DNA of 64,000 nucleotides from Nitrospinales bacterium (GCA_965262115.1 OZ253496.1:1280001-1344000); one strand, 5' to 3'; shown: positions 40,649 to 51,931, numbered from the stretch's first letter. Numbers and translations are program-made. Notes: a model not told the origin generated them from the sequence alone.

Positions 40649-40680
40649 CCGGCAGAGTTTTTACTCTGCCGGTTAAGTTT
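40649..40680 (+). terminator. Hairpin/terminator after csp gene
   Basis: CCGGCAGAGT-TTTT-ACTCTGCCGG. Confidence 0.5.
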
Positions 40681-40729
40681 CGGCCACTAACCCAATTGCG
40701 TACAAGACATATTAGAAAGAGGAAAGACT

Positions 40730-40912
40730 ATGCATGAAGTAAAAGTTTATGACAGTTCTGGTAACTTGAAAAAAATCATTTCCGTTAAAACCCTTACACA
40801 AAGGTCTGACCAGCAAATCAAGTCGCCTTCCCTGTACAATAAGAAATGGCGCAAGGCAAAGCCGATGGTCAAAGTTGAGAAAAAGGATCCCAAGGCCGCT
40901 TCAACAAGGTAA
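40730..40912 (+). CDS. Small basic hypothetical protein
   Basis: 60 aa, RBS AGAGGA upstream. Confidence 0.55.
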   Translation: MHEVKVYDSSGNLKKIISVKTLTQRSDQQIKSPSLYNKKWRKAKPMVKVEKKDPKAASTR

Positions 40913-41133
40913 CCCCAGAGCTTTGGGGCTCCTTTCCGCATTCATTTTCTACACTGTAAAAGTTCCAGTCACCGCCCCCCCCCAGATTTATACTGAGCCT
41001 CAGTTCAATCCCCGCTAGGGGGTAAAGCCCCCCCCTTATCTAATTAGCAGACAAGCCAGGCCTGGGAAGCTGTGGAGCTTCCTGATTCGCTTTTTATGGT
41101 GGAACGCCACCTTGTTATTGATACAATACCGTC

Positions 41134-42975
41134 ATGCCTTTGAAAATAGCATTGATCAACATGCCCTTCGGGTTCCATATCTATCCATCCATCCAGTTGG
41201 GGACTCTCTCGACCTTACTGAAAACCCACGGTTGCGAGGTAAAGAGCCATTACCTGAACCTTCATTTTGCGCATCAGCTCGGCCTGCCGGTCTACAACCA
41301 ACTCTGTGAAAAACGCTTCCTGATTGGCGAGTGGCTGTTCTCCCACCCCCTTTTCGGGGACAATGCCAGGAACCAGGATTACATGAACCATTTTGACCCG
41401 CATATTGAAGATGTCTGCCAATCCATTGAGCGTCCAAGGGAGTTTTTAGTCGATGTAAAGACCAAAATGGTCCCCGAATTTCTTCAGTGGGCCCGGGACT
41501 CCTGCGACTGGGGAGCCTTTGATGTCGTAGGCTTTTCTTCGACCTTCAATCAAAACATCGCCAGTCTGACTCTGGCTAAATGGATCAAGGAAAAATATCC
41601 CCATGTAAAAATCCTGTTTGGCGGGTCCAATTTTGAATCCGATATGGGATTGGAATATTTCCGGGTCTTTCCATGGATCGATTATGTAGTACCCGGAGAA
41701 GCTGAAGATGTATTGCCACAACTGGTCAAATATCTCGAACAGGGCGGGCCGGTTCCCCGCAGCGTGGTTCACCGCTGTGAAGGGGAAGTGCTTTATCAGG
41801 AGCCCGAGGCTATGTTCGGCAACTTTCAGGATTACCCGGCTCCCGATTACGACGATTTTTTTGATCAGTTGCGGGAGATAGATCCGAATTCTTCTCTGCT
41901 GGAAAACCCGGTTATTCTTTATGAAACCGCGCGGGGTTGCTGGTGGGGGGAGAAACATCACTGCACTTTTTGTGGTTTGAACGCCAGTACCATGAAGTTC
42001 CGGTCCAAGCCTATCGAGCAGGTTCACGCCGATCTTTCCCAGCTTTCAAAAAAATACGACACCTTTCGCTTCCGACTGGTCGACAACATCCTGGAAATGA
42101 AATATATCGACGGAGTTTTTGGTGCCCTGGCTGAAAACAACTATGACCTGCATTTTTTTATTGAAGTCAAAAGTAACCTGACTAAAAAGCAAATCAAGAC
42201 TCTGGCTCAGGGTGGGGCAAAAGCAATTCAGCCAGGCATTGAGAGTTTCAGCAGTAATCAATTGCAGGAAATGGATAAGGGCGTCCGGCCCCTGCAAAAC
42301 ATTCTCTGTATGAAATGGGCGATGTATTATGGCATTGAGATCAACTGGAATATCCTGATCGGGTTTCCTGGCGAAACAGATGACGATTACCGGCAGCAGA
42401 TTGACCTGATTAAACTACTGTTCCATCTGCCTCCGCCCGAGTGCGTCGGCAGCCTATGGCTCGAAAGGTTCAGCCCCTATTTCCAGCGGCCGGAAGAATA
42501 TGGAATAAAAATCACGGCACCGGGGGAAGCCTATCCCTTTGTTTATGATCATCCCGATGTCGACCATTTAAAAATCGCTTATGATTTTGAATTTGAAACG
42601 AGTAACCGGATTGACCCGCAACTGAAGCAGGAGTTATTTCAAACTGCGGAAGAATGGAAACAAAGACACCAGTCAGAACAATTGCCTTACCTGATTTTTA
42701 CCAAGGCCATGGATTTTGTGACCGTTTATGACCAAAGGTCACTGGAATCCATCAAAACCAGATTGGAAGGACCACATGCCTGGGCATTCATCTGCTGCAA
42801 CGAAGCACCAAAATCCGTGGAACAAATTCGCCAATATTTCCGGGAAAAAATGGAGCAAGAGCCTGAAGACAATCTGGCCGAAAATGCCATTGCCTATCTT
42901 GAAGAAAAAGGCTTCCTTTATGGAGAGCGGGGCAAATACCTGAATCTGGCCCTGCCGCATAATTCCAACCTTTAA
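41134..42975 (+). CDS. B12-binding radical SAM protein, RiPP-maturation rSAM 1 type
   Basis: PSIQLG.L, VGFSSTFNQ, GGSN, ETARGCWWGEKHHCTFCGLN, QPGIES. Confidence 0.85.
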   Translation: MPLKIALINMPFGFHIYPSIQLGTLSTLLKTHGCEVKSHYLNLHFAHQLGLPVYNQLCEKRFLIGEWLFSHPLFGDNARNQDYMNHFDPHIEDVCQSIERPREFLVDVKTKMVPEFLQWARDSCDWGAFDVVGFSSTFNQNIASLTLAKWIKEKYPHVKILFGGSNFESDMGLEYFRVFPWIDYVVPGEAEDVLPQLVKYLEQGGPVPRSVVHRCEGEVLYQEPEAMFGNFQDYPAPDYDDFFDQLREIDPNSSLLENPVILYETARGCWWGEKHHCTFCGLNASTMKFRSKPIEQVHADLSQLSKKYDTFRFRLVDNILEMKYIDGVFGALAENNYDLHFFIEVKSNLTKKQIKTLAQGGAKAIQPGIESFSSNQLQEMDKGVRPLQNILCMKWAMYYGIEINWNILIGFPGETDDDYRQQIDLIKLLFHLPPPECVGSLWLERFSPYFQRPEEYGIKITAPGEAYPFVYDHPDVDHLKIAYDFEFETSNRIDPQLKQELFQTAEEWKQRHQSEQLPYLIFTKAMDFVTVYDQRSLESIKTRLEGPHAWAFICCNEAPKSVEQIRQYFREKMEQEPEDNLAENAIAYLEEKGFLYGERGKYLNLALPHNSNL

Positions 42976-42986
42976 ACTCTTACGTT

Positions 42987-43604
42987 ATGAAAAAACCCGG
43001 ATCAAAGGGCGAGCATAATCTGCAAAAAAAATTTGAAGCTGAGAAACGCGCGTCAGCCTTTTATAATTCCCAATTGCTCAACCAGCTTAATCCTGAAATG
43101 TGCCGGTTTATTGTTGAGCAGGAAATGGTTTTCATTTCCACCTCTGACTCAAAAGGTGAGTGTGACGCCTCCTTCCGTGCTGGCCATGCCGGTTTCGTGG
43201 AAGTCCTGGACGAAAAAACCCTGCTCTTTCCCGAATACCGAGGCAATGGAGTTCTGGCCAGCATGGGGAACATTGCGGAAAATCCGCATATAGGAATGGT
43301 CTTTGTTGATTTCTACCGAAGCTCTATAGGACTGCATGTCAATGGAAATGCAGAAATCCTTTCCAACGAGGAACTGGAGGCCAGTCACGATTTGTCTGAA
43401 AAAATAAAACAGGCACTTACAAATTCGGGTTCACGGAAACCCATAGCATGGATCAAGGTCGAAGTAGAAGAAGCCTATATCCACTGCTCCAAACATATCC
43501 CTCTCATGAAAAAAAGAGATAAAACCATTCATTGGGGAACCGATGACGAAAAACTAAAAGGCGGTGATTTTTTTAATGCCAAAGGCCGCAACTCATCAAC
43601 ATGA
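42987..43604 (+). CDS. Pyridoxamine 5'-phosphate oxidase-family FMN-binding protein
   Basis: CDASFRAG..GFV.V, PEYRGNG, NI.ENP.IG, EAYIHCSK. Confidence 0.85.
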   Translation: MKKPGSKGEHNLQKKFEAEKRASAFYNSQLLNQLNPEMCRFIVEQEMVFISTSDSKGECDASFRAGHAGFVEVLDEKTLLFPEYRGNGVLASMGNIAENPHIGMVFVDFYRSSIGLHVNGNAEILSNEELEASHDLSEKIKQALTNSGSRKPIAWIKVEVEEAYIHCSKHIPLMKKRDKTIHWGTDDEKLKGGDFFNAKGRNSST

Positions 43605-43614
43605 TTGCGCAGAA

Positions 43615-43847
43615 TGGCAATGCTCCTGATTAATGAAGGCATGAGTGTCTTTAGGGCCAAAAGAATACTTAATGTCTAGGGTTCTGAAGAACGATACCTT
43701 TTTCAAAGTGTTTACATGATGTTTGAGGGACGGTTTGACAAGCTCTGGGGGGGGGCAGACTCTCCCCTTAACAAAATGGTGTTCATCGGGCCAGAACCTG
43801 AATCCCCAAAGACTGGAAGAAAGCCTGAAGAGCTATACCGTCACCTG
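43615..43847 (+). pseudogene. CobW/COG0523 C-terminal domain remnant
   Basis: G.SVFRAK.ILNV*G.EERYLFQSV..MF.G...W...NKMVFIG with stop and frameshift. Confidence 0.6.
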
Positions 43848-43899
43848 ATGGTTGGGTTTGGCGGAAAACCCTGTAACTTTTAATTTTGCAAAATTACTC

Positions 43900-44603
43900 A
43901 TGGCAGAAGAAGACCGAGAAAAGCCTGGCGGGTCTCAGGAAATTGAACTCAGTGAATCGGAGATCAAAGAACTTAAACGCCTGGAAGCCAAGAAACAAGC
44001 CGAGCAACAAAAGGTGCTTGGCTCTAAAGACAATCTATTTGGGGCGATCCTGACCGATCTGGACCTGGAAGGACTAGATTTGCATGACGCCAAAATGGCA
44101 AAAGCAAACCTCAACAACACCAATCTGAGTGGGGCCAATTTGAGCAATGCTAATTTCATTGAAGCAGATTTGACAGAAGCCAATTTGTCAAAGGCCGACC
44201 TGCATGATGCCTATTTTGCCGATGCCCAATTGATTGCGGCAGATTTTTCCGAGGCCGACCTGCGCTGAGCAGATTTCAGTTGGGCTGTTTTAAGCGAAGT
44301 CCGATTCAATGAAGCAAATCTGCTGGAAGTTGATTTTACCGAAGCGACTCCGGTCGCCTCCGACTTCACCTGGCCAATGTGACCGGAGCAAATTTCGACC
44401 AGACAAACCTGATTGATGTACGTTTGAAGGAGATTGATCTGTCTCAAGCGCTGAACCTTACGCCGGAACAAATCGAATCCGCCGAAATCGACAAGGCCAC
44501 CCAACTCCCTCCTTACCTCGAAGTAATATGGGAAGATAGGGATAACTTCAAAGTACAAAAGGTGACTGAGAAAAAATCCAGGCGGGAAAAAGCAAAAAAA
44601 TAA
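43900..44603 (+). pseudogene. Pentapeptide-repeat protein, interrupted
   Basis: A(N/D)Lxx repeats continue past TGA 44266-44268; 1-nt frameshift near 44370. Confidence 0.8.
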
Positions 44604-44654
44604 ATCGTCTTTGCTTAATCAATATTTTGTTCTAAAGAAACCAGAACCCTTCTA

Positions 44655-44837
44655 TCAACCCCGGCCTTCCTCAAACTGAATCTCGCCATCCGCACCCACT
44701 GCATATCTTATTTCTATCGGACGGCAACAGACTTCACAATCTTCTATATATTCCTGATGCGGCACCGACAAATCCAAGAGGACGGAAATGGACTGACCAC
44801 AATGCGGGCAGTTAAAAAATTGTTCGACCTGCTCCAT
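44655..44837 (-). CDS. CPXCG-motif cysteine-rich zinc-ribbon protein
   Basis: CPHCG...YIEDCEVCCRPI. Confidence 0.88.
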   Translation of the reverse strand: MEQVEQFFNCPHCGQSISVLLDLSVPHQEYIEDCEVCCRPIEIRYAVGADGEIQFEEGRG

Positions 44838-44848
44838 GCTCGATTCAG

Positions 44849-45241
44849 TTATTCCTGCATACGAAAATCTTTGGAGAAATAGGATACCAGGTCTTTCACC
44901 GAAAGGATGCCCACTATTTTATCCTCTTCCGTAACCCCCAAATGCCGAATCTTATTTTTATGCATAAATCGGTTCGCCTCTTCAATAGGCAAATAACAAT
45001 CCAACGAAAGCACAGGGCTTGTCATGATTTCCGAAATCGGAGTGGCGTCCGGGTTCAAACCTTTACCCAATACTTTTCGGGTCAGGTCCGTTTCGGTCAC
45101 AATACCCACATACTCGTCAAATTTTTTCACCAGCAAAGACCCGATATTATTTGCCGTCATAAACAAGGCGGCTTCCTGAACAGTAGACTCTATGTCTATA
45201 CTCAATACGGGGGATACCATATAATCGCCGATTTCATCCAT
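44849..45241 (-). CDS. CBS-pair protein
   Basis: VGIVTETD, IMTSPV, IRHL.V, VGILSVKD. Confidence 0.9.
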   Translation of the reverse strand: MDEIGDYMVSPVLSIDIESTVQEAALFMTANNIGSLLVKKFDEYVGIVTETDLTRKVLGKGLNPDATPISEIMTSPVLSLDCYLPIEEANRFMHKNKIRHLGVTEEDKIVGILSVKDLVSYFSKDFRMQE

Positions 45242-45461
45242 GTTCCTCCTCCTTATTTAAAAGGTGCCATGATGCCCATAATTCTTGGATGCCGGACAAA
45301 GGCCGGGGATTCGCTCTTTTTAAGACCCTTAAAATACCTCAAGACAGGGGCTGAAAACAATAGCAAAAGGCGGACCATAACTTCTCGAATTTTAAGGAGT
45401 TATTGATTTATACCGTTTTTATTATAAAATCTGCAATTCAACAGGAAACATCCATAGCCCT

Positions 45462-45926
45462 ATGCCTCACGAAATAAATGTCGTTTTAGTCGAACCGGAA
45501 ATTCCCATGAATACGGGAACGATTGGGAGGTTGTGCCTTGCGACAGGGAGCACCCTGCACCTGATAGAACCGCTGGGATTCGAAATCAGCAACAGCCAGC
45601 TTAAACGAGCGGGTCTGGATTATTGGAAACACGTAAATGTCAAAACCTACCCCGGCCTTGAAATGTTTCTTCGAAGCATTCTCCCTTCTGCCCAAAAGGT
45701 ATTTTTCTCCACCAAGGGGAAGAAGGATTTTTTCCAACATGCATTTCAACCAGGCGCCTATCTGTTCTTTGGCAGTGAAACTCAGGGGCTACCAAAAAGT
45801 TTACTGCAATCCAATCAGGATACCACTTATCGCATCCCACAATATGATGAACGGGTTCGGTCTATCAATATTGCAAATGCAGTTAGCATAGCTGTTTACG
45901 AAGCCATCCGACAACTGGGAGTCTAA
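45462..45926 (+). CDS. trmL: tRNA (cytidine/uridine-34 2'-O)-methyltransferase
   Basis: PEIP.NTG.IGRLC, KRAGLDYW, FGSETQGLP, RSINIAN. Confidence 0.92.
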   Translation: MPHEINVVLVEPEIPMNTGTIGRLCLATGSTLHLIEPLGFEISNSQLKRAGLDYWKHVNVKTYPGLEMFLRSILPSAQKVFFSTKGKKDFFQHAFQPGAYLFFGSETQGLPKSLLQSNQDTTYRIPQYDERVRSINIANAVSIAVYEAIRQLGV

Positions 45927-45969
45927 GCCTCAAAAAAATACCAGCCGAGTTGCTCCATAACAATCTGGC

Positions 45970-46350
45970 TCATACACCCGGATCAACCTGAGAAAAATCT
46001 TCTGGCTTAACGTCGAATTTTCGGTAGTACTGCCGCAACAACCCTCTGGCCTCCACCTTATTCACCTGATCGTTTTTATTGCCAAAAAGGTTGCCGGCTT
46101 TAAGAATATGCAAAATGGCTTTTTCTCCGTTGCTCATGCTTTCATACAAAACCGCCAGGTTAAAATGCGCTTCCGCAGATTTTGGATTGCCCTTTAAAGT
46201 TTCTTCAAATTCGCGAACCGCTTCTTCCGCCCTGTCCGCCCTTTCATAGGCCGTGCCCAGGTTAAAATGCGCCGCCGGATCATCGGGCGTGGATTCCACC
46301 TGGGCTCTCAGTTCCTTTATTTCCTTGCTCTCAAAAAATTTTCCGAACAT
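45970..46350 (-). CDS. TPR-repeat protein
   Basis: AHFNLG..Y, P.SAEAHFNLA. Confidence 0.85.
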   Translation of the reverse strand: MFGKFFESKEIKELRAQVESTPDDPAAHFNLGTAYERADRAEEAVREFEETLKGNPKSAEAHFNLAVLYESMSNGEKAILHILKAGNLFGNKNDQVNKVEARGLLRQYYRKFDVKPEDFSQVDPGV

Positions 46351-46469
46351 TTTTTATGCTTGGTTCTTTAAATTCTTTGCGCTCAAAGAGATTTTTTTGA
46401 ACACAATTTTTCACTCCAGACTCTCAGTTCTTCAGTACCATTACTTTTAAAACAATCTCAACATACAAC

Positions 46470-46826
46470 TCAAAGACCGGAATCGCCCAACTCGTCCTCT
46501 TCAAACAATTCCATCAGGGAGTTTCTGGAATCGTCTTGAAATTGTTCCTGGTCTTTACGGTCAATATATAAGTTCAACTGCTTCAAATGTTCCGCCGACA
46601 AATTGCACAATATCAACCGTTCCATAACAGTTTCTTTTTGGTAATCGTTCAGCAATTTACCGATACAATTGTGGAGAAACGGGGTCAAAATAGACTGCAC
46701 CTCCTCAAAATCCAATTCCACCGGGTTGCCTTTCTGAAATTCTGGAGCAAGCATAGAGTACACCTTCTGCCCATCATCGATGGACGCGCAATGAGCTCCC
46801 ACATGTTCTGATAGTCTGATTTTCAT
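46470..46826 (-). CDS. STAS-like (DUF4325) protein
   Basis: S...G.KVY, VELDF..V...TPFL...IG.L. Confidence 0.7.
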   Translation of the reverse strand: MKIRLSEHVGAHCASIDDGQKVYSMLAPEFQKGNPVELDFEEVQSILTPFLHNCIGKLLNDYQKETVMERLILCNLSAEHLKQLNLYIDRKDQEQFQDDSRNSLMELFEEDELGDSGL

Positions 46827-47178
46827 CGTTTATTATTTCCTTCACATCGAGTCTGCATAAAAATATCTTGCTATTTTACTCATGATACCTCTGCATACCC
46901 CATAAATTTCCGCAATAATTTCATATTTTCTGGTGTTTTTGCCATGAAACATGCCAGCCGAGGTCAAATTTGCCTTAATTTTACCGATAAGTTGTTATAA
47001 TTAAACCTCTAACCTTATAGTTCCAGCAATGCGAAACACCTCTTTCACACGGGGCTCTGGCCGCTCGACTGTTTTTGGCGCAACAGCTCGAACCGTTTTC
47101 TTAGGATTCCTGCTTTTATTAGGTTTCCCCCTCCACACTTCTGCTGCTTGCTGATATACGCTATAATCCGCTTGACCT

Positions 47179-48480
47179 ATGGAACCCAAAAACACGATTC
47201 ACATAAACGCCCAGACCTCAAAACCAAAAGCCATATTGGTGGGGGTTAGCATGCCGGGCATCCGATCCCCGTCCACTGAAATTTCACTTGAAGAACTGGA
47301 AGGTCTTGCAACCACTGCCAATTATGAGCCGGTGGCCACGTTGACCCAGCACTTAGCAGAGATTAACTGCAAAACCTTTTTAGGCAGTGGAAAAGTGGAA
47401 GAGATCAGGCAAGCCGTCAAGTACCATTATCCGGAAGCAGTCATTTTTGACGAAGAACTGTCGCCCCGACAAAACCGGGAACTGGAAAATATTCTGAAAT
47501 GCAGGGTCATGGACCGACCCTGGGTCATCCTGGAAATTTTTAGCGACCACGCCCGAACCCGGGAGGCGAAAACCCAGGTTGAACTGGCAAGGATGAAATA
47601 TGCCCTTCCCCGTCTTACCGGAATGTGGGGACACCTTTCCCGGCAACGAGGCGGAATTGGCATGAAGGATGTGGGAGAAACCCAGATCCAACTGGACCGC
47701 CGAATGATCCGCAATGAGATCCACAAACTGGAAAAAAAACTCGTTCAAATCGATAAGGAAAAAAAGACCCAGAGAAAAAACAGGCAGGGAACTTATAAAG
47801 TAGCGTTGGTCGGTTACACCAACGCAGGAAAATCCACACTGATGAATTGCCTGACGGGTGCTGACACGCTGGTCGAGGATAAATTCTTCGCGACCCTGGA
47901 CGCGACCGTGCGCAAGATAAAGAAAAATTTTCCCTACCCGGTACTGCTCTCAGATACCGTTGGACTGATCAACAAATTGCCTCATGATCTGGTCGCCTCG
48001 TTTAAGAGCACCCTGGACGAAGTGCGTGATGCCGACTTACTGATTCATGTCGTGGACCTCAGTCATCACAAATATGCCGAACAAATGCGCACCGCAGATG
48101 ACCTTCTTCAGCAAATTGGAGTGGACAATATCGATATTCTCACCGTCTTCAATAAAGTTGATGCGTTGTCGAACACCGAAATTCTGGATCGGGTCCTTCA
48201 TGCTTATCCTTCTGCAATCGGTATTTCCTGCAAAACGGGACAAGGCATCGATTCGCTCCGCCAACAAATGGCCTGCCATTATGAGAAAAATCTGGTACCG
48301 TACCGTCTCGAACTGGAGCACTCCCAGACCATGCTCATTCAGGAAATACGGAAACATGCCCTGGTGTTGAAGGAGGATTACAACCCCAACGGCATTGCAT
48401 TAAGCTTACGGCTTTCTCCGGAGGCAAAAGCTAAACTGGAATCCATTTTGAAACGATCTATAAAACCCACACCGGGATGA
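47179..48480 (+). CDS. hflX: Ribosome-splitting GTPase HflX
   Basis: LSPRQ.R.LE, GETQI..DRR, GYTNAGKST, FATLD, DTVG, NKVD. Confidence 0.96.
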   Translation: MEPKNTIHINAQTSKPKAILVGVSMPGIRSPSTEISLEELEGLATTANYEPVATLTQHLAEINCKTFLGSGKVEEIRQAVKYHYPEAVIFDEELSPRQNRELENILKCRVMDRPWVILEIFSDHARTREAKTQVELARMKYALPRLTGMWGHLSRQRGGIGMKDVGETQIQLDRRMIRNEIHKLEKKLVQIDKEKKTQRKNRQGTYKVALVGYTNAGKSTLMNCLTGADTLVEDKFFATLDATVRKIKKNFPYPVLLSDTVGLINKLPHDLVASFKSTLDEVRDADLLIHVVDLSHHKYAEQMRTADDLLQQIGVDNIDILTVFNKVDALSNTEILDRVLHAYPSAIGISCKTGQGIDSLRQQMACHYEKNLVPYRLELEHSQTMLIQEIRKHALVLKEDYNPNGIALSLRLSPEAKAKLESILKRSIKPTPG

Positions 48481-49578
48481 CGTGTTAACGCCAATACGAT
48501 AAATGACAAAAATTAATTGGGCATATTGTCAAAAAAATTCTGATTCAATCCTTGCTTCCGGTCTAAATTTATTACAAGAAGACACTATAGAAGACTTCGA
48601 TAGCGAATTCTCAAAAGACTATGGTAATTATCTCATTTCCGATAAAAGTAAGGAATGGAATTATATTGGAGAAGCAAAAAACCTTTCTAAAAGATTAAAA
48701 CAGCACTCCAAAGAAGAGACTTCTACATTCTATAAGAACTATAAAAAGCTTGAAAAAGACTTCTGCAATTATCCAAAAGGTCTTAAAATTAGTCAATTTG
48801 AAGTTAGAACTATTAACACTAAAATAGGACGGAAAGAACTTGAGGAATTTGGAATAGTAAACATTCCTGCTGTTTTAAATAAATTCCAAAAACGGAAAAG
48901 GAATAGATTTAAACAAAAAGTTGATACTGAAATTTGGAACGGAACTCAGAGCAATTTCCATTCAATTCTCGAACAAGAAGAAAAGAAATTAATGGGTTTA
49001 AAAAGTTATAATTGGTTTCAACCACAAATACCTTCAACTGCTGGACTATATTGGGTTGAAAACAAATCGAAAGGACTCATTTATATTGGAGAAAGTTCTA
49101 ATATCTACGAAAGATATGGTACTCATTCTAGAGATACTTATTTTTCAGCATTAAGACGACATATTGGAGAAAAGATTCTTGGTTTCAACTTGCAGACAAT
49201 TAACAATCGTAAAAGATATTTCTCGAAATCAGAAAATGACGAAATAACTACTTTTTTAAAAGAATGTATTATTAAACCATTTTCAATCAATTATGGAAGG
49301 TATGAGCTTGAAGAATATTTAATACGAAAATACAACCCGTTATTGAATAGAAAAGGAAATAAGTAAAGGCGCTAATTGAGTAAACAGCTCCACCAGTAGA
49401 AACTGGCGGAGGTCGTTAAGGCGAAGATTGCAGCCCAGCATCAGACCAGTTTGTTTTCTCCAGAGATGGTTGTTAAGCAGGTGATTGGAGCAAAAGAGGC
49501 GTCTGCATCCAGATCGTCCGATTTTCTCCAAGGGCAAAAGCTAAACTGGAATCCATTTTGAAACGATCTATAAAACCC
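48423..49578. mobile_element. About 1.1-kb mini-island bounded by 46-bp direct repeats of the hflX 3' end
   Basis: GGCAAAAGCT...TAAAACCC identical at 48423-48468 and 49533-49578. Confidence 0.8.
48503..49366 (+). CDS. Tandem GIY-YIG nuclease-domain protein
   Basis: GNY..YIGEA.NL.KRL.QH and GLY..YIGES.NI..R..TH, LEEYLI...NP.LN; very AT-rich. Confidence 0.82.
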   Translation: MTKINWAYCQKNSDSILASGLNLLQEDTIEDFDSEFSKDYGNYLISDKSKEWNYIGEAKNLSKRLKQHSKEETSTFYKNYKKLEKDFCNYPKGLKISQFEVRTINTKIGRKELEEFGIVNIPAVLNKFQKRKRNRFKQKVDTEIWNGTQSNFHSILEQEEKKLMGLKSYNWFQPQIPSTAGLYWVENKSKGLIYIGESSNIYERYGTHSRDTYFSALRRHIGEKILGFNLQTINNRKRYFSKSENDEITTFLKECIIKPFSINYGRYELEEYLIRKYNPLLNRKGNK

Positions 49579-49622
49579 GATTGACATACATTCGCATCGC
49601 CCCGGGTTTATAAACCTGATCT

Positions 49623-51809
49623 CTAAAGAACAATCAGTTTGGCATGGCTGGCCGAAAGTTTCTTTTTCCCGTGAGGGGCTTTAAAAAACACTTCCAGATT
49701 CAAATTTTCTTCACTACCTGAAAGGTTGATCACAATTCCCGACCCAAACTTAGCGTGCAAAACCTTTGTCCCGATAGAATAAGTACCGTCCTTTGTTCCA
49801 ATCGAATAGGAACCCCCACTTTTTCCCTGATAAGGAAGAGCTCCGCCAAGTGTGCTGATAAATTGAGGTGCGGTTTCATTGCTGAACCTGCTGGATTCAC
49901 GGATCATAACTTCATCGGGAATAGAAAGCAGAAAATCTGATGGAAGATAATTAAAAGTAGTGCCATAGATTCTCCTACGCCTGGCATAAGTGACGAACAG
50001 TTTTTTCCGGGCTCGGGTAAAACCTACATAGCACAGCCTTCTATCTTCTTCATATTGCTCAGAGTCCGACATGGAACTGGCATGCGGGAAGAGTCCATTT
50101 TCCATACCCACTACAAATACCGAAGAAAATTCCAACCCCTTACAGGTATGCAGGGTCATTAATGGAAGAACCCCACGCTCGTCATCAAGGTTATCCAGAT
50201 CCGCCACCAGAGAGGCCGAATCCAGAAACTCCTGCAGGGAACCTTCCCCATTCTCAATGGACTGCTCCACTGCGGAAAATAATTCCTCCAGATTTTCCAT
50301 ACGTCCTTTACTCTCGCGGGTATCCTCTTTTTTCAACATTTCCCCATAACCCGTTCGGTCTACCACCTCTTGCAGAAGTGCCAGCGGGTCATCCTTCATG
50401 GAATCCAGATGATCGATGATTTGCAAGAATTGGGCAATTCTCTTGCCTGCTGCAGGATCTGTCAATTTTTCCTGCTCGTTCCGGCGCAAACCCTCCTGGA
50501 GCGACAATCCCATTTCCCGGCAATACTGCTCAACCTTTTCCATCGAGGTCTTGCCAATTCCCCGGGCAGGAACATTGATAATTCGTTTTAAAGAAACTGA
50601 ATCACTCGGATTTAAAACAACCCGCATGTACGCCAGCACATCCTTGATCTATTTTCTTTCATCAAAACGCAGGCCTCCTATTACCTGATAGGGCAACCCG
50701 GTTCTCATCAACACATCTTCCAATACCCGGGACTGCGCATTGGTACGATAAAGAACGGCCATATCATTAAAGCTAAAGCCTTCGTCACGGTTCAAAGCCT
50801 GGATTTTTTCGCAAACAAATTCCGATTCATCCGTTTCATCTTCAGCCCTGTAGCACAACACTGGAGAACCCACTTCATTTTTCGTCCACAATGTTTTATC
50901 CTTCCGATTTCTGTTTTCTCTCACTACACTTCCTGCCGCATTTAAAATATTTTGTGTGGACCGGTAATTTTCCTCAAGCTTGATCACCGTTGTTCCGGGG
51001 AAATCTTTTTCAAACTTCAAAATATTTTCTATGTTTGCCCCCCCCCTCCAACGATAAATACTCTGGTCATCATCCACAACAACGCATATGTTATTGTGCG
51101 ATTGCGACAGCAGACGTACCATCCTGTACTGAACCGCATTGGTATCCTGAAACTCATCAACCAGAATATACTGAAACCTGTCGTTGTAACGAGCCCTTAA
51201 AGAAGGAAACTCCTGAAACAATCTGCTTGTAAAAACCAGCAAATCGTCAAAATCTAAAGCATTATTTTTTTTCAGGGCAGACTGGTAAACAAGATAAAGA
51301 CCCGCCGCCTTGAGTTGGTGACCATAAGGCATCGCATCCGGCTGCAAATCTTCGGGCATGAGAAAATCATTTTTGAATCCGCTGATGTGACCGAGAAGGG
51401 TTTTTGGAGGGAATGCGTCAGCACTGATTTCCGCTACCTTCATACACTGCTTGATCAAAGTCAACTGGTCCTGCGCGTCGTAGACAGCAAAATCATTGGA
51501 AAAACCCAGTTCCGAAATATTCATTCTTAGAATTCTCAGACAAAAAGAATGAAAGGTGCTGATCCAGGGGGAAGCTCCACGAAGGTCCAGCATTTTCCGG
51601 ACACGTTCCTTCATTTCCCCTGCGGCTTTGTTGGTAAAGGTTATCGCTAGAATACTTTCTGGAGGAATCCCTTTCTCTTTAATTAAATTGGCAATGCGGC
51701 AGGTGATGACACGTGTTTTCCCGGAGCCTGCTCCCGCCACCACCATCAGCGGACCCTCATTATGGCGCACGGCCTGTAACTGCTGCGGATTCAAATTTTC
51801 AAGATCCAC
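49623..51809 (-). pseudogene. UvrD/PcrA helicase, interrupted
   Basis: AGAGSGKT, DEFQD, LEENYRS, KGLEF; in-frame TAG at 50649-50651 (ERK*IKDV); deviant motifs VVVDDDQ, WRGGA, EEDRR. Confidence 0.85.
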
Positions 51810-51931
51810 GGAGTGCCTCCGATGGCAAATTGCAAAGTCTTTATTTCATCCTTCGGGGCATGGCTATAACATGCGGTAAACGTTCTCTCGGCCCTATGAG
51901 CCATTGCTATCTGCCTCCACGGCTAGTGGGA

